Source: an uncultured Candidatus Actinomarina sp. (GTDB lineage Bacteria; Actinomycetota; Acidimicrobiia; Actinomarinales; Actinomarinaceae). Taken from it: 63,382 bases of DNA. The position numbers and the translations under genes were made by a program. The stretch spans positions 1 through 63,382 of the forward strand of contig CACJIM010000006.1 in NCBI GenBank assembly GCA_902593475.1. Reading direction: 5' to 3'. The notes beneath the pieces are model-generated. The model saw only the letters and a program-made list of their open reading frames with translations. It made no database searches and was not told the DNA's origin. Shown in pieces: positions 38,687-49,279 of the stretch. How positions within the stretch are numbered: the stretch's first letter is position 1; each line of letters begins with the position of its first letter.

Positions 38687-39610
38687 ATGGAAATAGTAAT
38701 TCTTCTTGTTGGATTTTCGATTGGATTAGTCTTACTGGTAAAGGGAGCTGATGAAATGGTTAGCTCTGCAGTACAAATAGCTTTAAAATTCAAACTTCCG
38801 AGTTCAATTATTGGTGCAACATTTATTGGGTTTGGCACTTCTGCTCCCGAACTATTTGCAAGTACTGGGGCTGCGCTGAAGGGTGATCTGGATCTTGGTA
38901 TTGGTAATATAGTAGGTTCCAATATTGCTAATTCTTTACTTGTAGTAGCTGTGTTATATTTAGCATTACCTAAAGATTTTTCGCACAAAATAAAATTAAA
39001 TCAAATCAGTCCAGTGTGGATGGCAATACTCACAACAGTTTTTGTTTCTACTTATGTGCTAACCAATGAGTTTCCTTTTTTACTTGGAGCAGTTTTACTT
39101 ATTCTTGTGATCTATGTCATTTATAAAATGATCAGCACTGAGAGTGTCGATGAAGGAGAGCTCCTTGGGGAAGAAAAAAATTATATATGGTTAAGAGGCG
39201 GATTATCACTTCTCGCTACTCTCTATGGCAGCCAATTAGTTGTAGACAATGCTGTTGCAATTGCTGAACTATTTGGAGTGTCTTCACTAATTATTGGATC
39301 AACAATTATTGCTATTGGCACTAGCCTACCAGAGGTTGCTGGAACAATTTCAGCAGCAAAGATGCGTAAACCTGATATAGTTTTTGGAAATATTTTTGGT
39401 TCAAACTTATTTAATATCGGACTTGTCGGAGCAACAGCAATAATGATAAGTCCCGGTGAAATTAGCTCTGTAATTGATTATCAGCTTTTTATTATGTATT
39501 TTGTTTCTTTTATTGTGATTTTTCTTTCAAGAAATGTAATAAAAAGAAACTCCCTACTCGGATATTTATTTATTATTGCTTATATTCTTTTTCTTATTAG
39601 CTTGTTTTAA
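38687..39610 (+). CDS. Ca2+/Na+ antiporter (YrbG-like)
   Basis: Alpha repeats GTSAPE..GNIVGSN and GTSLPE..GNIFGSN. Confidence 0.93.
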   Translation: MEIVILLVGFSIGLVLLVKGADEMVSSAVQIALKFKLPSSIIGATFIGFGTSAPELFASTGAALKGDLDLGIGNIVGSNIANSLLVVAVLYLALPKDFSHKIKLNQISPVWMAILTTVFVSTYVLTNEFPFLLGAVLLILVIYVIYKMISTESVDEGELLGEEKNYIWLRGGLSLLATLYGSQLVVDNAVAIAELFGVSSLIIGSTIIAIGTSLPEVAGTISAAKMRKPDIVFGNIFGSNLFNIGLVGATAIMISPGEISSVIDYQLFIMYFVSFIVIFLSRNVIKRNSLLGYLFIIAYILFLISLF

Positions 39611-40430
39611 AATCTTTATTTCTTAAAAATATAAGTAGTCCAATTATTGCCAACATCAATCCGCCAATTTGATTCCAAGTAAAACTTCCAATTGTTGAAT
39701 CACCCATTCCGAATCTTAACGTATCAAGAACAGCTCTTTGTGACCCATACCATACAGCCCAAAGCCCAATCCATGAACCCCTACCAAAAGTAAAACGAGA
39801 CTGAAGATTTCTAAAAATATAAAAAATCACCATTGCAAGTAGTAAATCGTACATAGCTACGTGGTGATAAGTTCCACATGTTGTTAAAGGTTCAAAGCAT
39901 TCAAGAGAATTGTGTTGAGGAGCAACATCGTAACCTGGTTTAATTTCATAACCAAGGAAGAAATCTGTTGCTCTTCCCAAATGCTCTACAATTGCTAAAT
40001 CGCCGATTCTTCCAATTACTGTACCGAGTATTAATCCAGTGGCAGCATAATCTCCATACTGTTTGAAATCTTGTTTATTGAGAATTGAAATTTTCAAATA
40101 GGCAGCAATTATTCCGCCAGCCATACCACCCATAATTGAATAGCTCCCTGCAAGAGTAAAGATATCATCAAAGCCGTAATTTGGATTGGCATACCATTGA
40201 GCCGGAATTGTAAAAAACCTAGCACCTAGGATCGCACCAAAGATAGCCCAAGTAAGTGCTTCAGAAAATAACTCACTATCGGCACCATCTTCTTCTGACA
40301 ATTTTAAGGCATGATTTGCACCAAAATAAAAACCTACAGCAGCAAAAACTCCATGCAAAGAAAGTGAAATTGGACCAACTTGTGTTATTGGTATTGGCGG
40401 ATAAGTAATCGAAAATAAAAGTTCTTGCAT
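39597..40430 (-). CDS. lgt: Prolipoprotein diacylglyceryl transferase
   Basis: GAILGAR, GGMAGG, GRIGD..EHLG, R..LDTLR, NQ. Confidence 0.8.
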   Translation of the reverse strand: MQELLFSITYPPIPITQVGPISLSLHGVFAAVGFYFGANHALKLSEEDGADSELFSEALTWAIFGAILGARFFTIPAQWYANPNYGFDDIFTLAGSYSIMGGMAGGIIAAYLKISILNKQDFKQYGDYAATGLILGTVIGRIGDLAIVEHLGRATDFFLGYEIKPGYDVAPQHNSLECFEPLTTCGTYHHVAMYDLLLAMVIFYIFRNLQSRFTFGRGSWIGLWAVWYGSQRAVLDTLRFGMGDSTIGSFTWNQIGGLMLAIIGLLIFLRNKDFKTS

Positions 40431-40432
40431 AT

Positions 40433-41314
40433 TTAGATACTACTCAAAGTAATGAATATATCTGCGACCATAGATAGAAAAATTACTGCAAGATATGTAT
40501 TTGAAAATACAAAATATGAAATTGCTTTAATTTGCTTTCTATAAAGCTGGTATGACTTATACATCAAATACAATCCAAAAATAAGTGACAGCATGAGATA
40601 TACCATTCCTAGTTGAAGAATTGGGGCAAGCAATACTGAAGTCAATACGGTTGCGCATGAATATATTCCAATAAATATTGATGTTCTTTTGTATGATTCT
40701 TGAGTTGGCAACATGGGAAAGTTTGCATCTTTATAATCATTTAACTTATCGATTGATAAAGCCCAAAAATGAGCTGGAGTCCAAAGAAAAACTAATAAGA
40801 ACAAAAGCCACGAACCAGTATCTAAATTTGTACCAGTAGCAGCCCACCCTATTAGAACTGGGGCTGCACCCGCAGCTCCTCCTATGACTATATTTTGATT
40901 TGTTCTTGGCTTTAAAACAAGGGTGTAAATAAATGAGTAAAAAATGTTCGCAGAAAGAGCAATGAATGCAGCAAGTTCTGTTGTTTGGGTGTACAAAACT
41001 AGAAAACCTACTAACCCTAGGGAAATCGAATAAACATAGGCACTTTTTTTATTAATCTCTCCAGTTACGAGCGGTCTGTTTGCTGTTCTCTCCATAAGTC
41101 TGTCCGTCTCGATTTCAAATATTTGGTTTAGAACATTTGCACTGACAGCTAGTAAGGTACCGCCTAGTAGTGTGAATAATATTAATTCGAGGGGTGGAAA
41201 ACCATATATTGATACAATCATTGACGGAACCGTTGTAATTAATAAAAGCTCAACAATTCTTAATTTTGAAAGCCTTATATATTTTGATATGTTTTTTTTG
41301 GTAACAGTTTCCAT
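40433..41314 (-). CDS. ctaB: Protoheme IX farnesyltransferase
   Basis: DRLMERTANRPL, NIVIGGAAG, WTPAHFWAL. Confidence 0.95.
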   Translation of the reverse strand: METVTKKNISKYIRLSKLRIVELLLITTVPSMIVSIYGFPPLELILFTLLGGTLLAVSANVLNQIFEIETDRLMERTANRPLVTGEINKKSAYVYSISLGLVGFLVLYTQTTELAAFIALSANIFYSFIYTLVLKPRTNQNIVIGGAAGAAPVLIGWAATGTNLDTGSWLLFLLVFLWTPAHFWALSIDKLNDYKDANFPMLPTQESYKRTSIFIGIYSCATVLTSVLLAPILQLGMVYLMLSLIFGLYLMYKSYQLYRKQIKAISYFVFSNTYLAVIFLSMVADIFITLSSI

Positions 41315-41386
41315 AACGACATAGTACTTATGATTACACTATATATAGTTTCAACGCTATTCTTAATAATTGTTGATAATATAAAT

Positions 41387-42400
41387 ATGCTTGTGAAAAA
41401 CATTTTTAAGTTAAAAAATTTAAAATTTTCGGCCTTGATACTCTTATCTGCTTGTATCGAAAATGCCCCTTTAGACTCTTTAAGTCCTGAGGGCCCTTAT
41501 GCGAGATCAATAGATGAATTATTTTGGTTAACTTTTTGGATAGCTGTAGTCATATTTGTAATTGTACAAGGCGCTTTACTTCTCTCTGTTTTTGTTTTTA
41601 AAGAAAAACCAGACAGTCCTGAACCGAAACAGATACATGGAAATACTAAATTAGAAATTTTATGGACAGTCATTCCAGTAATAATTTTGGCAGTTATCGC
41701 AGTACCCACTGTTAGAACAATTTTTGATCTAGCAAACGAACCAGAAGACGCTCTAAAAATTGAGGTAATTGGTCACCAATGGTGGTTCGAATACAAATAC
41801 CCGGATTATGATATAACTACTGCAAACGTGTTAGTCATTCCAGCTGACAAACCAATAAGGCTTGAAATGTGGTCTAATGATGTACTCCACAATTACTGGG
41901 TTCCTAAATTAAATGGAAAAAGATATCTTGTTCCAGGACAAACTACATATTTAAATTTACACGCTGATTCACCAAATGAGTTCTGGGCACAGTGTGGTGA
42001 ATACTGTGGTTTAAGCCACTCTAAAATGCGTGGTCGTGTGCTTGCGCTTTCAGAATCTGATTTTGATACATGGGTAAAAAATCAACAGCAAAATGCTAAT
42101 AAACTCGAAGGAAATTCATTAGCTGCTGAAGGTCAACAGGTTTACCTAAATGCTGGATGTACACAGTGTCATGTTATTGATGGTGTTTGGGATGTACAGG
42201 GTGACAGAATAGCTCCGAATTTAACTCACTTTGCTAATAGAAATGTTTTTGCTGGAGCAGCACTTTACAACAATGAAGAAAATCTTAGCAAATGGCTTGC
42301 AAATCCTGCTGAAATAAAACCGGGTACATTTATGCCTAACCTAGAATTGACTGAAGAAGAAATAAATGCTTTAATTGCGTATTTAGGAACACTTAAATGA
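41387..42400 (+). CDS. coxB: Cytochrome c oxidase subunit II with fused cytochrome c (caa3 type), lipoprotein; start revised
   Basis: Lipobox LLSAC, GHQWWF, DVLH, CuA CGEYCGLSHSKM, heme c CTQCH..MP. Confidence 0.93.
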   Translation: MLVKNIFKLKNLKFSALILLSACIENAPLDSLSPEGPYARSIDELFWLTFWIAVVIFVIVQGALLLSVFVFKEKPDSPEPKQIHGNTKLEILWTVIPVIILAVIAVPTVRTIFDLANEPEDALKIEVIGHQWWFEYKYPDYDITTANVLVIPADKPIRLEMWSNDVLHNYWVPKLNGKRYLVPGQTTYLNLHADSPNEFWAQCGEYCGLSHSKMRGRVLALSESDFDTWVKNQQQNANKLEGNSLAAEGQQVYLNAGCTQCHVIDGVWDVQGDRIAPNLTHFANRNVFAGAALYNNEENLSKWLANPAEIKPGTFMPNLELTEEEINALIAYLGTLK

Positions 42401-44355
42401 CAAAAATAATAGAACCGAGTAAACAAAGTAGTATTTTCAGAAGGCCTTCTTCTGAAACTGGTATATGGAGTTGGATAACTACTGTAGATCATAAAAGAAT
42501 TGGAATAATGTATGGTTATGCAGCGTTTTTCTTTCTTTTGATTGGTGGACTTGAAGCACTCATTCTTAGGATTCAGCTTTCACAACCAGATAACAATTTC
42601 TTAACAGCGGCAGAGTACAATGCAATGTTTACAATGCACGGAACCACGATGATTTTCTTGGCCATTATGCCAATTAGTGCTGCCTTCTTTAATTATCTTC
42701 TTCCGCTACAAATTGGAGCGCGTGATGTTGCTTTTCCAAGGCTAAATGCTCTCTCTTTCTGGATATTTATTTTCGGAGGAGCATTTTTATATTCTACATT
42801 TATATTTGGTACTGCAGGAGCACCAGAGGGCGGATACTTAGCTGAGGAAGTTGGTTGGTTAGGCTCAGCGCCCAACGGGGGTTGGTTTGGGTATCAACCA
42901 AATGCAGGTATGAAATACTCCCCAGGGACTGCCATGGATTATTGGGCTATAGGACTACAGATACTTGGAATAGCTTCTTTAATTTCTGCATTCAATTTTA
43001 TTACAACCATTATCAACATGAGAACTGAAGGCATGCGGTTCATGAGAATGCCAGTATTTACTTGGATGACTTTTGCTGTCTCTTTTTTGCTTGCATTTTC
43101 TTTACCAATAATTGCAATAGCACTCTTTTATGTAACATTTGATAGAAAATTTGGAACTACGTTTTTCTTAACAGAAGGCGGAGGTGATCCAATTTTATGG
43201 CAGCATCTTTTCTGGCTATTTGGACATCCAGAAGTTTATATTTTAATCCTGCCAGCATTTGGAATTGTCTCGGAAGTTCTTCCAACTTTTTCAAGAAAGC
43301 CACTTTTTGGTTATGCTGCGATAGTTTTTGCAGGATTTGGAATTGCGTTTATAGGCTTTGGAGTGTGGGCTCACCACATGTTTGCTTCTGCAATTAGCCC
43401 AGTTGCTCAAGCTGGTTTTGGTTTATCAACAATGGTTATTGCTGTCCCAACAGGTGTAAAAATATTTAATTGGCTTGGCACAATATGGGGAGGAAAGCTA
43501 AAGCTGAATACCCCAATGCTGTTTTCTTTAGGTTTTATAGGTATGTTTGTAATTGGTGGATTGAGTGGTGTAACTCACTCAATAGTTCCAGCTGATACAC
43601 AGCAAACAGATACCTACTATGTTGTAGCTCACTTTCACTACGTTTTATTTGGTGGGGCTTTGTTTGGAATTTTTTCTGGACTTTATTATTGGTTTCCAAA
43701 AGTTTGGGGCAAAATGTATAACGAGTCGCTTGGAAAGATACACTTTTGGCTAATGATGATTGGTTTTAATCTTACTTTTGGACCAATGCATTGGCTGGGG
43801 CTTCAAGGTCAGGTAAGACGTACCTGGGTATATGCAGAAGAAACAAACTTACAATTCTGGAATATTGTTGTAACAGTTGGGGCTTTTATTATCGCTTTGT
43901 CAATTATTGTTTTCATGATCAATTGGATTTTCTCAAAGAGAAATGGAGAAAAAGCTCCATTTGATCCTTGGGATGCAAGGACGCTAGAGTGGGCCATTCC
44001 ATCACCTACACCTGTTTGGAATTTTTCAACAGCACCTATTGTTAAATCACTTGATGACTTTTGGCACACTAAATATTCTGAAGATGAAGAAGGGAGAGCA
44101 GTTAGACGTGAAGAAGCTGATCAGATACTTCTTGAATTAGAAGAAGATGGCCTAAACCCTAGTGAACATATCGCTTTACCTAATCCTTCATATTTCCCAA
44201 TTGTCCTGGCATCTGGTCTGCCATTTTTAGGGTATGCAGTTATTTATAAATCTATTCCATTAGCTTTAATTGGCACCGTGTTGTTGCTCATAGGAGGATT
44301 TGGTTGGGGAACAGAACCTCTTGAAGAAGAAATCCATATAGACTCAGATGAGTAG
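42397..44355 (+). CDS. coxA: Cytochrome c oxidase subunit I (A1 type)
   Basis: TMHGT, WLFGHPEVY, WAHHM, VAHFHY. Confidence 0.97.
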   Translation: MTKIIEPSKQSSIFRRPSSETGIWSWITTVDHKRIGIMYGYAAFFFLLIGGLEALILRIQLSQPDNNFLTAAEYNAMFTMHGTTMIFLAIMPISAAFFNYLLPLQIGARDVAFPRLNALSFWIFIFGGAFLYSTFIFGTAGAPEGGYLAEEVGWLGSAPNGGWFGYQPNAGMKYSPGTAMDYWAIGLQILGIASLISAFNFITTIINMRTEGMRFMRMPVFTWMTFAVSFLLAFSLPIIAIALFYVTFDRKFGTTFFLTEGGGDPILWQHLFWLFGHPEVYILILPAFGIVSEVLPTFSRKPLFGYAAIVFAGFGIAFIGFGVWAHHMFASAISPVAQAGFGLSTMVIAVPTGVKIFNWLGTIWGGKLKLNTPMLFSLGFIGMFVIGGLSGVTHSIVPADTQQTDTYYVVAHFHYVLFGGALFGIFSGLYYWFPKVWGKMYNESLGKIHFWLMMIGFNLTFGPMHWLGLQGQVRRTWVYAEETNLQFWNIVVTVGAFIIALSIIVFMINWIFSKRNGEKAPFDPWDARTLEWAIPSPTPVWNFSTAPIVKSLDDFWHTKYSEDEEGRAVRREEADQILLELEEDGLNPSEHIALPNPSYFPIVLASGLPFLGYAVIYKSIPLALIGTVLLLIGGFGWGTEPLEEEIHIDSDE

Positions 44356-44932
44356 CTCTCACTCCTATCCACATGAACCCACAGGTGTAGAAACCAGAAA
44401 ACTTGGTATGTGGGTATTTTTATCTACTGAAATATTATTTTTTGGCACATTGATTACCACCTTTATGATATTTAAAGGAAGTGACTTTCCTGGAATGAAA
44501 TTAACAGATGTTTATGATATTCCATTTACATCCATTAGCTCTTTTATTTTGTTAATGAGTTCATTAACTATGGTGTTGGCCCACAATGCATTAGAAGCAA
44601 ATGATCAAGAAAAAACAAGAGTATGGCTTTTAGCAACAGCAATGTTAGGCGCAGTATTTTTAGCAGGACAAATATACGAATTTACAGAGTTTTATCATAA
44701 AGGTTTTGAGCTTACAACAAATATCTTTAGTTCATCCTTTTACGTATTAACTGGCTTTCATGGATTGCATGTTTTTATCGGTGTAGTCTTACTTTTAGCA
44801 TTGTGGGGAATCGGTCAAAGACAAAAAGGGTTAACACTTGAAGGTGGAATGAATCTTGAATTCGTTGCGCTTTATTGGCACTTTGTTGACATTGTCTGGA
44901 TAGTATTGTTTACAGTAGTTTATTTAATTTGA
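44348..44932 (+). CDS. coxC: Cytochrome c oxidase subunit III
   Basis: GMWVFLSTE, TGFHGLHV, YWHFVDIVW. Confidence 0.95.
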   Translation: MSSSHSYPHEPTGVETRKLGMWVFLSTEILFFGTLITTFMIFKGSDFPGMKLTDVYDIPFTSISSFILLMSSLTMVLAHNALEANDQEKTRVWLLATAMLGAVFLAGQIYEFTEFYHKGFELTTNIFSSSFYVLTGFHGLHVFIGVVLLLALWGIGQRQKGLTLEGGMNLEFVALYWHFVDIVWIVLFTVVYLI

Positions 44933-44933
44933 T

Positions 44934-45233
44934 ATGTCCGATAATCACATAGAACACCCAACTCCAAAAAAATATGTTCAAATAGCAATCGTACTTGGTA
45001 TTTTAACTGCAATTGAAATAGCTCTTTATTACACAGAAGACATTGTTGGTGTTTTCACTGATCCACTTTTGATATTTTTAGCAGTAGGAAAATTCATAAT
45101 TGTAGTTGGTTGGTTTATGCATCTGCGTTATGAAAATAAGACAATTAACAGGTTCTTTGTTGGTGGTATGATCTTAGCTTTGATACTTTTTACTATCGTC
45201 ATGGTCGAAAGAGCTTCAGCGAATTATTTTTAG
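44934..45233 (+). CDS. Cytochrome c oxidase subunit IV (caa3 type)
   Basis: 3 TM, LTAIE, K..FMHLRYE. Confidence 0.85.
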   Translation: MSDNHIEHPTPKKYVQIAIVLGILTAIEIALYYTEDIVGVFTDPLLIFLAVGKFIIVVGWFMHLRYENKTINRFFVGGMILALILFTIVMVERASANYF

Positions 45234-45240
45234 GATTTAA

Positions 45241-46020
45241 ATGCAGAACTTACCTTGGCATCCTCACTATGACGTATGGGCTTTGATTGTGACTCTTGTA
45301 GTATTTTTTGAATTTACTACTAAAAAAGAGTATCTAAAAAAACCTAAAAGAAAAACATGGTATTCGGGCCTGATAGCACTCTGGATATTCACTGATTATC
45401 CAATACATGATATTGGTGAAAAATACTTATTTTCTGTTCATTCTGTAGAACATCTTGTTTTGGCTTTAGTTTCCCCTCCTCTTTTATTGATGGGTATGCA
45501 TAGGGATATGAAAGAACTTATTTCAGTTAAACCATTTATTAAAACTTTAAAAATAACGTCTAAACCTGTAGTTGCTTTTTTTATGTTTAATTTTGTAATG
45601 GTAGGGATGCATTGGTCCTCTGTTGTTAATCTAATGGTAACAAACACTATTGCACATTTTTTTATACACTCGATAATGCTTTTGGTCTCCTTAAACATGT
45701 GGGTACCGGTAATAGGATTCAATGATGAAATTAGGCCAATAAATTCTGCTGCAAAAATAGGGTATTTATTTTTACAATCATTACTGCCAACAATACCAGC
45801 AAGTTTTCTAGCTTTTGGTACAGAGCCACTTTATTCAGCATACGTCATGAGTGATAACATATTTAGCATTTCAGTAATTAATGACCAAACATTGGCAGGT
45901 TTGATATTAAAACTTGGTGGAGGAATTATTTTGTGGATTTCAATCCTTGTTATTTGGATGAGATGGTACCAAGATGAAAAAACGTTTGATGATGTAGTTA
46001 GAAACAACTCAAATGACTAG
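45241..46020 (+). CDS. ctaG: caa3-type oxidase assembly factor CtaG
   Basis: YLFSVHSVEHL, PPLLLMG, WH-like MHW, DQTLAGLIL; end of cox operon. Confidence 0.8.
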   Translation: MQNLPWHPHYDVWALIVTLVVFFEFTTKKEYLKKPKRKTWYSGLIALWIFTDYPIHDIGEKYLFSVHSVEHLVLALVSPPLLLMGMHRDMKELISVKPFIKTLKITSKPVVAFFMFNFVMVGMHWSSVVNLMVTNTIAHFFIHSIMLLVSLNMWVPVIGFNDEIRPINSAAKIGYLFLQSLLPTIPASFLAFGTEPLYSAYVMSDNIFSISVINDQTLAGLILKLGGGIILWISILVIWMRWYQDEKTFDDVVRNNSND

Positions 46021-46038
46021 AATTATATAGATTTTATT

Positions 46039-47154
46039 ATGGATGAAAAACTCGTAGAACAAGTTAGCTCAAGCAGTGGTATTCCTCAAATGTTGGTATC
46101 ACGGTCTGCACAAGCAAGGGCTGAAGCATCAGGAGTTTCTGTAAATGATGTTCTAAACAGTTGGACTGGTGGTGAAGCGATCCAAGCAGCGCCCGCTAAT
46201 GAAACTGTATCAGAATCACAGGTAGTATTAGAAGACACTCCTGCTCCAGTAGAAGAACCCGTAGATGAACCCGTTGAAATAGAAGAACCTGAAAATCTTG
46301 TTGAACAAATTCAAACAGCAGTTTTGATAAAAGAAGACTTACCTCCTCCTGTAAGTATTAGTCAGAAATTATTAAGATCTTTAAAATTTGGATTAGGCTT
46401 TGGAGTTATAGCTGGATTTGTACAGGGGCTTCTTTCAAGCTCTTATCTCTACGATGGACTAATACTCGAAGCTGAAACACAGAAGTTAATAGCAGAATAC
46501 GATGCTGTGTCTTTTGTTATAATCATCTCACTATCTACTAGCTTTCTTGGAATACTTAATTCATTGAATGTTAAAAAGTTTTTGGATTCAAATTTTGATG
46601 GTTTTGGCATACTTACTTCTGATAGAGAATCTGTATTTACTGGTGGGGGGCTAGGTTTAGTCTTAGGTTCCACAACAGCATTTTTTATAATTAATAGCGT
46701 TGGGCAGACAATAGAACCTGTACTTCCTGATGATCCGGTAATAAATTTAATTAGAGTTGGTAGCGCTTTTTGGAGGGTTGTAATCTTATCAACTTTTGTA
46801 CAAGCTGCGATCTCTACCTTGACAATGCTACTTGGTGTTCCTAAAGGGCTTGAAGATTTTGAGGATTCTGAAGCTCAAAAAATACGCCAGAGAATTGTTG
46901 GCTCAATTGTAATTCCATTGGGATCAATAGTTGTTGGTGGTCTAATTGCGGTTGCTATTGCGCAAGTATTTTTAAACTTTCATGAATATGCTCCACTATT
47001 TGCATTAATTATTTCTGCAGCGATTTTACTTTTTGCAAGTGTAATGAGTGCGGCTCCAAAGATAAAAATTACAAGAAGTGAAGTTCTAATTGCGTCTGCT
47101 GGAGTGTTGACTCTTATTGTTATAATTGCTAGTGTGGCTGCAAGCCAACACTAA
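46039..47154 (+). CDS. Uncharacterised polytopic membrane protein with acidic Pro/Glu linker
   Basis: Helical N-terminus, PAPVEEPVDEPVEIEEPE linker, about 7-8 TM segments. Confidence 0.6.
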   Translation: MDEKLVEQVSSSSGIPQMLVSRSAQARAEASGVSVNDVLNSWTGGEAIQAAPANETVSESQVVLEDTPAPVEEPVDEPVEIEEPENLVEQIQTAVLIKEDLPPPVSISQKLLRSLKFGLGFGVIAGFVQGLLSSSYLYDGLILEAETQKLIAEYDAVSFVIIISLSTSFLGILNSLNVKKFLDSNFDGFGILTSDRESVFTGGGLGLVLGSTTAFFIINSVGQTIEPVLPDDPVINLIRVGSAFWRVVILSTFVQAAISTLTMLLGVPKGLEDFEDSEAQKIRQRIVGSIVIPLGSIVVGGLIAVAIAQVFLNFHEYAPLFALIISAAILLFASVMSAAPKIKITRSEVLIASAGVLTLIVIIASVAASQH

Positions 47155-47158
47155 ATTT

Positions 47159-48418
47159 ATGAATCAAACTTTTAACCAAACTGAAACCGTAGAAAAGTAC
47201 TTATCATCTAAGAGATGGTCTGATATAAAAAGAGATTACTCTGTGGATGATATTTGTTCTTTGAGACCTTCTTTTAAAGTAGAGCACTCTTTATCTGAAA
47301 TTGGGTCTGAACTACTTTTGGATCTTCTTTCTAGAAAAGACTCCTGGGTTTCTGGATTGGGAGCAGCAACAGCACAACAAGCTCTTCAAATGTTTCATCT
47401 TGATTATGAAATAATTTACGTAAGTGGTTGGCAAGTAGCAGCAGAGAGCAACATTGGAGTTAATACTTACCCAGACCTATCACTTTATCCATCAAACAGT
47501 ACTCCAAATTTTGTGAAAAAAATTAATAACACTCTTCTGAGAAGGATGGCAGAACTGGATAAGAAAAAGTTACCTCCAATTATTGCTGATGGGGAGTCTG
47601 GTTTTGGTGGAATTTATAATGTATACGAACTTACAAATCAATTTATAGATTCTGGAGTATCTGGAATTCATTTTGAAGACCAACTTGCTTCTGAAAAAAA
47701 ATGTGGACATGTTGGTGGGAAAGTTGTAATCCCTACACATGAATATATTAAAAAACTTAATTCTGCAAGGTTATCATCTGATGTTTCAGGAGTTCCAATA
47801 ATCATTATTGCTAGAACAGATGCAATGAACGCAAAGCTAATGACATCAGATTTTGATGATAGAGACAGTAAATATCTCAGTAAAAATAGAACTTCTGATG
47901 GGTACTTCTTAATTGAAAACAACCATGAGATGGCGATAACAAAATCACTTAACTACGCTGATTACGCAGATGTAGTATGGTGCGAAACTAACACTCCAGA
48001 TTTAGGCTTTGCAAAAGAATTCGCTGATGAAATAAGAAAATCTCATCCAAATAAAATTCTTGCATATAATTGCTCTCCATCATTTAATTGGTTAGATAAA
48101 TTTACTAAAAAAGAAATTGAAAACTTCCAAAGTGAACTTAGTTCATATGGATATAAATTACAATTTGTCTCTCTTGCCGGTTTTCATTCATTAGCAAGTT
48201 CAATGTATGACTTAGCATCAAAATACAAAGGTGGAAATATGAGTGCAATCTTAGAACTTCAACAGTTTGAAAAAGATTTGTCAAAAGATGGTTACACAGG
48301 AATCAAGCATCAACAAGAAGTTGGTGGGAATTACTATGAAAAAATTGGTGAAGCCTTACTTGGAGATGAATCAGAACTACTTTCAAAAAAAGACTCTACA
48401 GAGAATACACAATTTTAA
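47159..48418 (+). CDS. aceA: Isocitrate lyase (start revised to ATG 47159)
   Basis: YVSGWQVAA, YPDLSLYP, DGESGFGG, EDQLASEKKCGH, AYNCSPSFNW, KHQQEVG. Confidence 0.95.
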   Translation: MNQTFNQTETVEKYLSSKRWSDIKRDYSVDDICSLRPSFKVEHSLSEIGSELLLDLLSRKDSWVSGLGAATAQQALQMFHLDYEIIYVSGWQVAAESNIGVNTYPDLSLYPSNSTPNFVKKINNTLLRRMAELDKKKLPPIIADGESGFGGIYNVYELTNQFIDSGVSGIHFEDQLASEKKCGHVGGKVVIPTHEYIKKLNSARLSSDVSGVPIIIIARTDAMNAKLMTSDFDDRDSKYLSKNRTSDGYFLIENNHEMAITKSLNYADYADVVWCETNTPDLGFAKEFADEIRKSHPNKILAYNCSPSFNWLDKFTKKEIENFQSELSSYGYKLQFVSLAGFHSLASSMYDLASKYKGGNMSAILELQQFEKDLSKDGYTGIKHQQEVGGNYYEKIGEALLGDESELLSKKDSTENTQF

Positions 48419-48430
48419 TAGAATATAAAA

Positions 48431-49279
48431 ATGACATATTTTAAAAACAAAACAGTAATTATGAGCGGAGGCTCACGTGGAGTAGGTCTTGAAATAGCAA
48501 AGGCACTTGGAAAAGATGGGGCAAATATTGCAATTTTAGCAAAAACAACAGAACCTCATCCGACTCTTCCAGGAACAATTTTCACCGCAGCAGAAGAGAT
48601 TGAGCAAGTTGGAGGTAATGCGCTGCCAATAGTTTGTGATATTAGGTTCGAAGAGCAAGTAGAGGCTGCTGTAGAAGAAACTGCAAGCAAGTTTGGTGGC
48701 ATTGATATTTGTATCAATAATGCAAGTGCTATACACCTGACTGACACTGTCAATACCCCAATGAAAAGATACGACTTGATGCACAATATTAATGTACGCG
48801 GAACTTTTATGTTAAGTCAAAAATGCATACCCCATCTTAAAAATGGAGATAATCCACATATTTTGACACTATCTCCGCCTTTAGATATAGATCGTAAGTG
48901 GTTTGGTATGACTCTTGCTTACACTACCGCAAAATATGGAATGTCTTTAGTGGCACATGGTCTAGCTGAAGAACTTGGAAAACATAATGTTGCATCCAAT
49001 TGCCTTTGGCCAAGAACCTCACTTGACACAGCAGCTGTAAGAAACGTTATCGGTGCTGAGTTAATAAAGGGGTCAAGAAAACCTTCTATTTATGCAGATG
49101 CTGCTTATGCAGTATTGAAAAGAGACTCCTCTACTTGTACAGGTAATTTCTTTTTAGATCAAGATGTTCTTGAAGAAGAAGGTGTTTCTGATTTTGATCA
49201 ATATGCAATCGATCCAGAGGCAACTTTGGTATCTGATTTTTTTGTTGATGATAATCCTGAAGGTTGGATACAAGCTTAA
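48431..49279 (+). CDS. SDR oxidoreductase (HSDL2-like)
   Basis: GGSRGVG, KTTEPHPTLPGTI, NNASAI, YTTAK. Confidence 0.9.
   Translation: MTYFKNKTVIMSGGSRGVGLEIAKALGKDGANIAILAKTTEPHPTLPGTIFTAAEEIEQVGGNALPIVCDIRFEEQVEAAVEETASKFGGIDICINNASAIHLTDTVNTPMKRYDLMHNINVRGTFMLSQKCIPHLKNGDNPHILTLSPPLDIDRKWFGMTLAYTTAKYGMSLVAHGLAEELGKHNVASNCLWPRTSLDTAAVRNVIGAELIKGSRKPSIYADAAYAVLKRDSSTCTGNFFLDQDVLEEEGVSDFDQYAIDPEATLVSDFFVDDNPEGWIQA

Noticed and set aside
38395-38988. 197-aa minus-strand ORF, and the other short antisense or nested ORFs in the track (e.g. 4842-5294, 15536-16033)
   Set aside because: Fully overlap well-supported genes, have Ser/Phe/Ile-rich shadow composition and no recognisable motifs.
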